This document shows, in pieces, positions 29,295 to 38,800 of a stretch of 64,000 bases of DNA. Both the position numbers and the translations under genes were made by a program. Where the stretch lies: contig DCTZ01000028.1 in assembly GCA_002329485.1 (NCBI GenBank), positions 2,393 to 66,392 on the forward strand, in the 5' to 3' direction. Source of the DNA: Bacillales bacterium UBA1427 (GTDB lineage Bacteria; Bacillota_I; Bacilli_A; ML615J-28; CAG-313). The notes under the pieces were generated by a model. The model did not search any database and was not told the origin of the DNA. It was given only the letters and a program-made list of their open reading frames with translations. Position 1 is the stretch's first letter. Each line of letters opens with the position of its first letter.

Positions 29295-30380
29295 TTATTG
29301 CTCATATCGTTTGTAAAAGTAGATAAACGCCAACAAAAAGCCGGATAAACAAAGCGTTACGATCGGAACAGTCAGATTGTATTTTTTCTCCATATAGACA
29401 TCGCCCACGCCGAGTTCGAACGGAGTGTTCGGGTCATACGGCAAATGATATTCGTAAGCGAGGCCCTTGATGTTGAGCATGTGGATAACCGGGATTTTTT
29501 TGCTTAAGTAACGATCGATCAAACCTTCGTTTTTAATATTTTTCCCGAATTGATTGGAAAAATAACCCGGCTTGATGAGACCGTTGTCGCTGATAAAGGC
29601 CGCTTCTTCCCGACCCATCGCTACCAGATTGCCCCCCACGTTGATAAACAGTTTCATGTCGGGAACAGCTTGTTCGAAATAGGCCATCCGCTTTTTGATA
29701 TTGGTTTCGAAGTCTGATTCGAAGATAAAGGTGGCAGGATTCTGTTTGATGCGTCCGATGATTTTTTCTCTTAAGTCTTCGTCGAATTCATCTCCCAAAT
29801 CGTTGTTCCCCCCCAAGGAAATGTAATTGACGGGGTGAGACAGAATTTTTTCCTGAACCAGATAATCGAACATTTCCAAAAAGGTAAATTCGGGATGATT
29901 GGCCCCGTAGCTAGAGGCTCCGATGGAAATCATGATGCAAGGTTTCAGTTCGAATACTTCAATGGCACAGAGAACCGAAATGTTTAAACCCGGAAACGAT
30001 CCGGAAAACACGACTCCGACTTCATCGCCTTTTTGGATATCCGCTTCTTTGAACATATCGATAATCACCGCCGCAAAATTCGGATTGAGCGACGTTCTTT
30101 TGGCTTCCAATACGCCCAAGGTGGTGGTGATGCCCGTGTAGCGTTCCCCGAGCAATCCCGTCTGCAGGATATCTTTCGTGGCCATCGGAATACCGAGTTC
30201 GGCTTTCCGTTCTTTGATTTTTTCCATCGCGAGGGCGCTTAAGCGTGTCGCTTCCTGCTTTTCTTCCACATAACGGCAAAAATCGGTCGTCGTGGAACTG
30301 AACGTTATGCCGTTTGCGACAATCAGGATCAAGGCCCAGATAATATACAAAACCTCAATATAAAACGGCGTTTTCTTCAT
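29295..30380 (-). CDS. Poly-gamma-glutamate system protein candidate, occupying the pgsA position, with an N-terminal TM anchor
   Basis: 361 aa, with a TM helix at each end. It lies immediately after pgsC. I recall a PgsB/PgsC-associated family of this size from memory; a domain search is needed. Confidence 0.45.
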   Translation of the reverse strand: MKKTPFYIEVLYIIWALILIVANGITFSSTTTDFCRYVEEKQEATRLSALAMEKIKERKAELGIPMATKDILQTGLLGERYTGITTTLGVLEAKRTSLNPNFAAVIIDMFKEADIQKGDEVGVVFSGSFPGLNISVLCAIEVFELKPCIMISIGASSYGANHPEFTFLEMFDYLVQEKILSHPVNYISLGGNNDLGDEFDEDLREKIIGRIKQNPATFIFESDFETNIKKRMAYFEQAVPDMKLFINVGGNLVAMGREEAAFISDNGLIKPGYFSNQFGKNIKNEGLIDRYLSKKIPVIHMLNIKGLAYEYHLPYDPNTPFELGVGDVYMEKKYNLTVPIVTLCLSGFLLAFIYFYKRYEQ

Positions 30381-30384
30381 TTCG

Positions 30385-30819
30385 TTAACCCCAATACTGA
30401 ATCATGATGCCGATCAGTTCGACGATTCCGACAACAATCACCAGTGCCGGAAGCGTCTTTTTGACGCCCTGTTTGTAGAAATCGTTCGCAATCAATCCGG
30501 CAATCGTATACCCGATGATGGAAACGTTGAGCATGCTGATGGAAAAAGATTTTAAAAGCAGCTGCAAAACAAAATTAATCACAAGGCTGATGACAATCAA
30601 TAAGACAAATCTTCTGCGGCCGAAGATAATGAAATAGCGCGAAGCCCATTTGACGACCAAATAACTGATAATCGCAATGACAACCGTATATATCATCCGG
30701 TCGACCTGGTTGAAATAAAGCACCATCAAACCCGGAACGATAATTCCCCCCGGGGAAATATCCGTGATTTCGTAAAAAATGATACTGATCAGTAAGCCGA
30801 TTATGATGATGTTTGTCAT
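30385..30819 (-). CDS. pgsC: Poly-gamma-glutamate synthase membrane component PgsC/CapC
   Basis: 144 aa with 4 TM helices. The N-terminus (..IIGLLISIIFYEITDISPGGIIVPG..) resembles CapC. Confidence 0.75.
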   Translation of the reverse strand: MTNIIIIGLLISIIFYEITDISPGGIIVPGLMVLYFNQVDRMIYTVVIAIISYLVVKWASRYFIIFGRRRFVLLIVISLVINFVLQLLLKSFSISMLNVSIIGYTIAGLIANDFYKQGVKKTLPALVIVVGIVELIGIMIQYWG

Positions 30820-31925
30820 GATTGCACCTCTTGAGCGTCTTTGAAAAATTGCAGGATTTCCATGCCTTGGCTGGCAATGTTTCCTATGGCAAAGATGACT
30901 TTTTCTTTTTTCAGATCTTCGACGGATCTCAGAATTTCGACCCGGGCAACATAATCTTTGCCAAGTTTGCGTTTGATGAAATGGGTATTGGTTCCGGTCA
31001 AAATGATTTTATGGTCGCTTAACTTTTTTAATAGTTCGATATGTTGCAAAACGCGGCTCGGACGGTCGTTCCGGCTGTTTAACAGAATCGTCATATCTTC
31101 TTTCGGATATTTTTGCAAGAGCTGATGATAAACCAGCATGATGGAATCGGGATCGTTGATGGAAAGACCGTTCAGGAAAACCGTTCCCGGTGTTTCGATG
31201 ATTTCGAATGCTCCCGGATCAGGATAATAGTTTTTCATTCCTTCGTAGAACTTGTCCAAATCGAGTCCCAACACTTTTGCCACTTCCAAAGCGATATTGA
31301 TGTTTTCGAAAAAAGTGTTCAACGAATCTTCCTTTTGGAAATCTTCGGCCACGTGGACTTCGGTATGGTATTTTTTGGCTTTTTCCTGGAAAATATTTAA
31401 GAATTGGGCATCGCCCAATACCAGATGCTTGGCTTTGGGAATCACATTCGCCAGGGATGAAGCGATTTCCGGCAAAGAAGAGCCCATCTCCTGAAGATGG
31501 TCAAGCCGGACATTGGTTATCACGGCAATATCCGCTTCGAGCATTTTGTCCTGGGAAATATATTGAAGTTCGGGGCTGACCGCCATGCATTCGATAACCA
31601 GAACTTCGGCTTTTTCTTTTTGGGCTAGGCGCATCATTTTCAGCTGTTCCCGGATGTTCGCAAGTCCCAATCTTTTGATTACGACCTGTTCGTTGGCAGT
31701 ATTGATAATGGTGGGAATCGTTCCGGTCGTTTTCGAGAAAACCCTGAACCCGCAATTCCTGACCCCCGCATCAATCAGCCGGGTAATCGTGCTTTTGCCC
31801 CTGGTTCCGTTGACATGAATGACATGCGTAAAAGATTTTCTCAAGGACTTTTGGTAAAACCGTTCGAAAACGATATATCCGAGATAACCGACAATAAGCG
31901 CTCCGACAATGATTTTACTGGCCAT
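30816..31925 (-). CDS. pgsB: Poly-gamma-glutamate synthase PgsB/CapB (Mur-ligase-like amide ligase)
   Basis: An N-terminal TM helix followed by VNGTRGKSTITRL (P-loop) and ECMAV blocks, as in CapB. Confidence 0.8.
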   Translation of the reverse strand: MASKIIVGALIVGYLGYIVFERFYQKSLRKSFTHVIHVNGTRGKSTITRLIDAGVRNCGFRVFSKTTGTIPTIINTANEQVVIKRLGLANIREQLKMMRLAQKEKAEVLVIECMAVSPELQYISQDKMLEADIAVITNVRLDHLQEMGSSLPEIASSLANVIPKAKHLVLGDAQFLNIFQEKAKKYHTEVHVAEDFQKEDSLNTFFENINIALEVAKVLGLDLDKFYEGMKNYYPDPGAFEIIETPGTVFLNGLSINDPDSIMLVYHQLLQKYPKEDMTILLNSRNDRPSRVLQHIELLKKLSDHKIILTGTNTHFIKRKLGKDYVARVEILRSVEDLKKEKVIFAIGNIASQGMEILQFFKDAQEVQS

Positions 31926-32595
31926 TGTTGACTTCCCCCGCCAACAATTTCAGCACAAGCCCGATATTTCCCACATAATCGATTTGGTAGCAAGGAACAT
32001 CGTTTTCGACCACAATATTGGTCAGGAACTTGTCGGAGTCGCCGTAGGTCAAAAACAAATCCAGACTGGCGCCGCTGAAGACGGTTTCGATGATTTGGTC
32101 CGAGGTCGAACCCCGTCTGGCCATTCCCCCGATATGCCAGGCAATGAACGTAATTTCCTTGTTTTTTGTTTTGGTCATAAAGGCCTGGGAACGCGCCATT
32201 TCTTCTTCCAGCGTAAGATGCGCGCTGGTTAATCCTTTGATACTGCAACCCACAATCGCCATTACGACCGCGCCGGCGGGAACATCTTCCGGTTGCAACA
32301 TATTGTCGTGGGTATATTCGAATAAATTGAGGTAATCGACTTCGATCAGAAAATCCTCGATATCGATGGCTTGGCCAATCGAAGTGATATAGACCGGTTT
32401 GTCCTTGACAATCCCCAAAAATTCGGACGGGAAAACATCGAAAGTAATATCGATCGGGTTGTTTTTTGGGGGTTCGTCGCAGCTGGAAATCAGCAAAGCT
32501 AGTGCGACCAGCACAAAAAAACCCAAACCAATCAAAACGATGATTCTACTTTTCTGTTTTCCGATATGTGGCAATTCCTTTTTCAAATAAATCAT
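31915..32595 (-). CDS. Lipoprotein of unknown function heading the pgs operon; start uncertain
   Basis: Signal peptide ..IIVLIGLGFFVLVALALLISSC. Candidate starts are GTG at 32604, ATG at 32595 and TTG at 32586 after GAAGGGA. The ORF overlaps the 3' end of the fumB-like gene. Confidence 0.45.
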   Translation of the reverse strand: MIYLKKELPHIGKQKSRIIVLIGLGFFVLVALALLISSCDEPPKNNPIDITFDVFPSEFLGIVKDKPVYITSIGQAIDIEDFLIEVDYLNLFEYTHDNMLQPEDVPAGAVVMAIVGCSIKGLTSAHLTLEEEMARSQAFMTKTKNKEITFIAWHIGGMARRGSTSDQIIETVFSGASLDLFLTYGDSDKFLTNIVVENDVPCYQIDYVGNIGLVLKLLAGEVNNGQ

Positions 32596-33109
32596 TCCCT
32601 TCACTATCGTAAGTGACTATGGCATAAAAGTTTTCGACTTCCAATTTATGAACGGCTTCGGTGCCCAAATCGGGATACGCAATCACTTCGCTTTTTTTAA
32701 CCGTTTCCTGAATTTTCGCTCCCGCTCCGCCGATAGCAGAAAGGTAAACCGCACCGTATTTTTTAAGCTGTTCTTTGTATTCTTTGCTTCTCGGTCCCTT
32801 GCCGATCATCATTTTCAGACCCCTTTCCATCAGGGCTTCCGAATAAGGGTCCATCCGGTAACTAGAAGTAGGCCCGCAGGAACCAATCGGCTGATCCGGT
32901 TTGGCCGGAGTCGGTCCAACATAATAAATGGCGCTGCCCTGCAATTCGAACGGTAAGGGGCTGCCGTTTTCGATTGCTTCCACCATCCGTTTGTGGGCGG
33001 CGTCTCGGCCCGTATAAATGATGCCGGAAAGATAGACGATATCGCCGGCTTTTAACGATCTGACATCACTGTCCGTCAAAGGGGTTTTTAAATGTCTGGT
33101 TTCACTCAT
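32546..33109 (-). CDS. Class I Fe-S hydro-lyase beta subunit (fumarate hydratase/tartrate dehydratase family); likely mesaconase beta
   Basis: Start MSETRHL at 33109 with RBS AGGTGA. Contains the TTD/FumB beta-type blocks (SGIIYTGRDAAHKRM, GPTSSYRMDPY). Confidence 0.75.
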   Translation of the reverse strand: MSETRHLKTPLTDSDVRSLKAGDIVYLSGIIYTGRDAAHKRMVEAIENGSPLPFELQGSAIYYVGPTPAKPDQPIGSCGPTSSYRMDPYSEALMERGLKMMIGKGPRSKEYKEQLKKYGAVYLSAIGGAGAKIQETVKKSEVIAYPDLGTEAVHKLEVENFYAIVTYDSEGNDLFEKGIATYRKTEK

Positions 33110-33117
33110 GTTATCAC

Positions 33118-33957
33118 CTACAAAACCACGCTCTTGTGACGGGAGGCATGGCATTGAATATTGATTGCAACCGGCAGACTTGCAATGTGGCAAGGATAGG
33201 TATTGACCTTAACCGCCAAAGCGGTAACGGTTCCGCCCAGTCCCATCGGACCGACGCCCAAATCGTTGATTTCCTGCAACAATTCCTGTTCGAGTTTTCG
33301 GGCAAGCGGATCGGTTGCTTCGTCGTCAATTTCCCTAAGGACCGCTTCCTTGGCCAGCATGGCGGCTTTTTCCAAATTGCCGCCGAGACCGATTCCGACA
33401 ATAATCGGCGGGCAAGGTTTTCCCCCCGCATTGAAAACCGTATCAAGCACCAATTTTTTGATGCCTTCGATACCGTCGGCCGGAATCAGCATTTTGACAA
33501 GGCTCATGTTTTCGCTTCCTGCGCCTTTAGGGGCGACCGTGATTTTGACCGTTTCGCCCGGTACGATTTTGGTATGAATGACGGCCGGGGTATTGTCTTT
33601 GGTGTTGACGCGATCCAACGGATGGCGTACCACGGATTTTCTTAAGAAACCGTCGATATAAGCATTTCTTACTCCCTGATTTACGGCTTCGTAGATATCG
33701 CCCTCAAAAACCACCTGCGAACCGATTTCCAAAAAGCAGACAACCATTCCGGTATCCTGGCAAATCGGCACATTGCGTCTAGCCGCAAGCAAATCGTTTT
33801 CGATGATTTGGTCGAGAATGCTTTTGCCGAGCGGGCTTGCTTCTTTTTCTTTAGCTTCTTTCAGTCTTTCGATAACGTTGACCGGAATATTTTCGCAAGC
33901 GTCAATCAGCATGTTTTTAACGGCTTCCGTTACAAGATTTAAGTCCAATAAACGCAT
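33118..33957 (-). CDS. Class I Fe-S hydro-lyase alpha subunit; likely mesaconase alpha
   Basis: 279 aa with N-terminus MRLLDLNLVTEAVKNMLIDA.. typical of FumA/TtdA N-terminal domains. A TGaTATAAT promoter lies in the 66-nt gap upstream. Confidence 0.75.
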   Translation of the reverse strand: MRLLDLNLVTEAVKNMLIDACENIPVNVIERLKEAKEKEASPLGKSILDQIIENDLLAARRNVPICQDTGMVVCFLEIGSQVVFEGDIYEAVNQGVRNAYIDGFLRKSVVRHPLDRVNTKDNTPAVIHTKIVPGETVKITVAPKGAGSENMSLVKMLIPADGIEGIKKLVLDTVFNAGGKPCPPIIVGIGLGGNLEKAAMLAKEAVLREIDDEATDPLARKLEQELLQEINDLGVGPMGLGGTVTALAVKVNTYPCHIASLPVAINIQCHASRHKSVVL

Positions 33958-34023
33958 AAATTAATCATTCCTTTTTTAAAATTATATCATGTTTGGAAAA
34001 TTCTCAAAGGTTTTTAGTTACTT

Positions 34024-34539
34024 TTATTTTTCCGCTAAACCGACTGGTCCTGCTACGGGTGCAGCCGTTTGTACATCTGTTTTTTCTTTGGGATGATATA
34101 AAAGATTGATAAGTCCTGTGACAATGCTCGCAACGGTGAAGCGGACGATTACCAAGAGCCATCCTATCGCGCCGATCGACGCAAACAGAAGCGTATCTTC
34201 GATAATCGCATGGCAAAGGCAGAGAAACACTCCGACCAAAACGACATCCTTTTTGGTCATTTCCTTGTTGGTATAACTGGCAAGGATGGCCCCCGCGCCG
34301 TAGGTTATACCCAAAAGAATGCCGACCAAAAGCGGTGTCGAGGCTTGAGGGGTAATGCCCAAATGCTTGGTGAAATGGAAAAGTACTTTGTTGAGCCAGT
34401 CCAAGACTTTCAAAGCCTTCAAGATTTCCATGACAATCATAATTACCGCGATTATAATCGCTATCTTTAAAAGCATCCAAAAAAGACTTTCTAAAGTCGG
34501 CGGAAAAAAGTCGGTAATGAATTTCATTATTTTGTCCAT
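34024..34539 (-). CDS. spmB: Spore maturation protein B-like (nucleoside-recognition/Gate domain membrane protein)
   Basis: 171 aa, 4-5 TM helices, paired with the spmA-like gene. Confidence 0.65.
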   Translation of the reverse strand: MDKIMKFITDFFPPTLESLFWMLLKIAIIIAVIMIVMEILKALKVLDWLNKVLFHFTKHLGITPQASTPLLVGILLGITYGAGAILASYTNKEMTKKDVVLVGVFLCLCHAIIEDTLLFASIGAIGWLLVIVRFTVASIVTGLINLLYHPKEKTDVQTAAPVAGPVGLAEK

Positions 34540-34540
34540 A

Positions 34541-34978
34541 TCAAGAGACCTTCCACACTAAATTCAGAATAAGGCCGATGAGGGTTGCGGCGAAAATTCT
34601 AATTAGGATTTGCAAATAACGGGGTATTTTTACACTCTTCAAAATCGAAGTTTCCATGACCAGAGAATGCGAAAAGCAAATCATAAAAGCCAAAGTCGTG
34701 ATTTGATTTACGCTCAGACTGACAACAATCGTCTCCAGCACCGCCAGCCCCGCATAGATATTAATTCCGTTGGCAACCAAAAAGACCAAAGCGGTCTCGC
34801 CGGGAAGACCGAAGATTTTCATGATTCCTTCAAACCAGGAAGCGATGATATCGAGCAGGCCGGAATAATCAAGCAAAGATACCAACAAATAGACCGGAAT
34901 AATTACTTTGAAAATTTTCAAAATCAGTTTCCAGGTTTTTAACAAGCCTTCTTTGGTGGCTTTCCATATTAATGTCAT
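34541..34978 (-). CDS. spmA: Spore maturation protein A-like
   Basis: Start MTLIWKA with RBS GAGGA. 146 aa membrane protein. Confidence 0.65.
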   Translation of the reverse strand: MTLIWKATKEGLLKTWKLILKIFKVIIPVYLLVSLLDYSGLLDIIASWFEGIMKIFGLPGETALVFLVANGINIYAGLAVLETIVVSLSVNQITTLAFMICFSHSLVMETSILKSVKIPRYLQILIRIFAATLIGLILNLVWKVS

Positions 34979-34992
34979 AATTTTGTCCTCTT

Positions 34993-35763
34993 TTACAATT
35001 CCTGTATCGGTTGATGCGGGATCGTGAACCATTTGATTTTTGCTTCGAAATCGTTTCTTTTTCCGGTGGTATAGATTTCGACAGAACCTTTCGCAACATT
35101 ATCTTTAGATAATTGTAGCACATTTTCCAAAATAATGCTTGTCGGGTAACCACATTCCACATATGTGACATCGGGCAAAACTTTCTTCATCTGAAATTCC
35201 AACAAACCGAAATGCGTGCAACCGTGGATAACCGTATCGATTCCTTTGTTTTGTAACGGCGCTAGTTTTTCCGTTACGGTTTTCAGGGTCGCTTCGGTAT
35301 TCATTTCGTTGCTTTCGATGATATCCACGAATTGGCTTGCGGGGACGGGAAATACTTCCATGCCGTTTTCTTCAAGAATCCTTTGGTATTTGCCGTTTTT
35401 GATGGTGGCATTTGTGGCGAGCACAGCCACTTTTTTGGTTTTTGTCAGCTGGCAGGCCAACCTAGCGGTTGGCTCGATAACACTGATTACCGGAATATCG
35501 GTAATGTTTTGCAAGGACTGTTTGAACAAAGAAGCGGTATTGCAGGCAATAACGATTGCCTTAACCCCCCGGCTTAACAAGTATTTTCCGACGGTAAGCA
35601 CTCTTTGTTCGATTTCTTCTTTGGTTTTGGTACCGTACGGACAGTATCCCTGGTCGGCCACATATATAAAGTTTTCGCCCGGATACATTTTTACAAGTTT
35701 TTCCAAAACCGTCAATCCCCCTACACCCGAATCAAAAACACCGATTGGTTTTTTATCATTCAT
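34993..35763 (-). CDS. murI: Glutamate racemase
   Basis: Starts MNDKKPIGVFDSGVGGLTV; contains the CNTAS catalytic cysteine block and GCTH. AAGGAG precedes the start. Confidence 0.9.
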   Translation of the reverse strand: MNDKKPIGVFDSGVGGLTVLEKLVKMYPGENFIYVADQGYCPYGTKTKEEIEQRVLTVGKYLLSRGVKAIVIACNTASLFKQSLQNITDIPVISVIEPTARLACQLTKTKKVAVLATNATIKNGKYQRILEENGMEVFPVPASQFVDIIESNEMNTEATLKTVTEKLAPLQNKGIDTVIHGCTHFGLLEFQMKKVLPDVTYVECGYPTSIILENVLQLSKDNVAKGSVEIYTTGKRNDFEAKIKWFTIPHQPIQEL

Positions 35764-35790
35764 AGATATTACTCCTTTAGTGAAAATGCC

Positions 35791-35829
35791 ATGCGTAATC
35801 CATGTTTTTGCTTCATGATTACGCATGAC
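35791..35829 (-). terminator. Strong 14-bp bulged hairpin followed by GCAUUUUC: terminator or attenuator between the giant lipoprotein gene and murI
   Basis: CATGCGTAATCcATG-tttttgctt-CATGATTACGCATG. Confidence 0.45.
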
Positions 35830-35863
35830 ATTGTCAAAGATTTTTAGCTTTTTTTAAGATTTA

Positions 35864-38800
35864 TTAGCTGAGTTTTGAAACGCTTAATCCGCTCGGATTG
35901 ACAAAGCTCAGTTGCCAATATGTTCCTGTTCTGGAATTCAATACCGCATAAATCGTACCGGTATAACCAATTTTCGGATTGTTTGTATCCGGTGCGATAA
36001 AGGCTTCCGGAAGGTCAAAGTAAGTTTCCCACCAGCCAACGCCTAAGTTTGCATCGTTGACAGTCTTCTTGAAACTGAATGTCTGGCCTTCGTATTTGGT
36101 TCCGTTATTATTGACAGCTTCTTTATTGAAGAGGAATTTGTAGTTTACGGAACTTGGTGTGCTGCTTGATCCCCCGAAGTAGAAAGGATCAGATTCGGTT
36201 CCTACGAATTTGATTAACACGCCGAATTGTGGGTTTTGGGCAAAGGCAATCATATCTTCGTTACTGTCGATAACGATTGCTTTGGAAGTATCCCAGGTTA
36301 TTTCGTTACCGGTCGATACAGTGGAAATTACTGTACTTGCGGTTGCAAGAAGCGATATACGACCAAAGTCTCCAACCGTATAGGTTACATCGACCAAAGT
36401 AATTTCGTCACCGATGGCAAGTTTTCGGCCGTCTTTGTCTTTAAAGTCCGGGTAAGCTGCGCTGTTTGGCGTATTTTCCATTCCGTCGACAAGGATTATG
36501 TCTTTGGTTGTTTTATCCATGAGGATAATACCCCTTAGAGTGCCGGAAGTAGTACCGTCGGATTGGAAACCTACAACTAAGCCCCGAACAGGCATTTCGA
36601 CTCCCGAGACGCCGTTTGCCAAAACTTCGCCGACAGTCAATGGTTCGGCTGGAGGAGGAGCCATTACGGTTACCGTTAAGTCGGTTGAGTATTCTACTCC
36701 TTCAAACACATATGTAGCCGTTAGGGTTACTTGGGTGTTTGTTGTGACTTTTGCGACAGTCATCGTTTCAATATTGATAATACTTGGGTTGCTTGATGTC
36801 CAGGTAATCTGAGGAGTGTGACGTGTATTAAGAGGTAAAGTAAACGGTCCTTCTTCAAAGGCATCAGGAACTTTTGCGTCAAGTGCTGCTTCGAATTGTT
36901 CCGGAGTATAAACTCTGCGGATTGTAGATTCTTCAACCGCTACAATACTCATTTGATAGTATGTTCCGGTCATCGCGCAAACTACCGCGTAGATTTCGCC
37001 TTCGCAAGGAATGGCAGGAATTGTAGTTGATGGTCCGATAAAAGGTTTTTCAATATCGAAGATATCAAACCACCAATTGGCGCCTGCATTCGGAATATTT
37101 ACATCGGTTTTGAAAGAGAAGATTAAACCATTATATTTGGTTCCGTTGTTGTCGGTTGCTAATTTCAAGAATACTTTAACATTGAATGGAGCAGAATTTG
37201 AAGAACCTCCAATGTAAACCGGAGTTTCTTTTGTTCCGACAAACTTGATAAGTTTTCCGTATTGTAAGTTGTCGGCTAAAGATTGCAAGTCATCGGTAGA
37301 ATCAATAACAAGAGCATTTTCAAAGTCAAAGTGAATTTCTCCGACCGTGCTTTCATAGTGAACACTGGATCCGACGATATTCAAATCAATGTGTTTTCTG
37401 CCGGTTTGAGGAGCACCTGATGAACCTATTCCTGCAGCATTATGTAAGTACTTACCCACAAGAATTATTTCATCGCCGATGGCAAGGGCATGGCCTTGGC
37501 TGTCCAAATATGCACCGTAGGCACTGCCCGGATACATATTTTTCATACCGTTGACCAGAAGCATTTCGCCGGTTTCGTTATCGATTAAAATTATTCCGTC
37601 AGTTACCGCACTATTATTTCCGTCCGAAGAATAACCGGCGATTACGCCTTTGACTTTAACGATGTCGCCGTCGTTCATGGTTGCCAATACTTGCGAAACG
37701 GTTAAAACGACTTGGGCGCGAACCACGACTTTGTAAGTGCTTTGATATTCGACGCCGTCATAGGTGTAGGTAGCGGTTAATGTTACTTCGGTGTTTTCTT
37801 CGACTGGATAAACTGTTCCGGTGACTGGATCAACAACTTCCGGATGTGAAGAAGTCCAAACGACATCACCGGTTACTAATTCGTGAGTAGTCGGAAGGAC
37901 AATTGCTCCTTCTTCGATACTATCCGGAATGTTTTGACCGAGTTCGTTCTCAATGGTCAATTGTTTGGAGAATTGCCAGCAACCCCAATCAGGAATAACG
38001 AATGCCAAATAAGAATCGGAAACATACATGGCATATGCGTAAATTGTTCCTTGCAATTGGATGGCCGGTTGGTTGACAAACGGAATGTCAAAAACCTTGT
38101 ACCAATTTTCGGAACCCAAACTTTCGTTTTGGGCGGCAATCAAGAAAGCGTAGTTGATTCTTGATCCGACCGGTCCGTGACCTGCATTCGGGCTTGTTTC
38201 GTCATATCCCAAACGTACCCAGTTGGTATCGGCAGGAGTTGAGGAAGTCGAGAAATTAACGAATGGATTTTCGAATTTGACAAGTTTGTTGAGATGAGGA
38301 TAAATATCTTCTCCGAACGCTTCGTAGCTTTCCGCATCCTTCAAAACAAAGGCATTTTCGAAATCGTGTTCGCATTCGTTACCAGAAGACAGTACTTCCA
38401 TCTTGGTTACGTTCATAATAGTAGGACGTCCGGTCAAACGATATTTGCCGGTTACAACGATTTCGTCGCCGAGGTGGATGGCTTTGAATTCATCACTCGA
38501 ATTGAGGATGCCTTCGCCGCTGTTGCCGAAGTCAACCGAACAGGTTTCCTTGGTTTCCGGATCCTGAAGGATGAACGAACGAAGCGATAAAGATTGGTTC
38601 CTTGCGATAGCCACGACAACACCGCGAACAATAACAGTGCTCATATTGACTTCTGGGGTATTTTGGTTGAGGTCGGTTACCGTTCTTTCGGTGATGGCTT
38701 TCGAAGTAATGACATAATCAACGGTCCGTGATTCGGTGCCGTCGGAAATGGTGACTTTAAGAGTTACTTCTTGGTCGGTTTCGCTTAAAGTAACCGTAAC

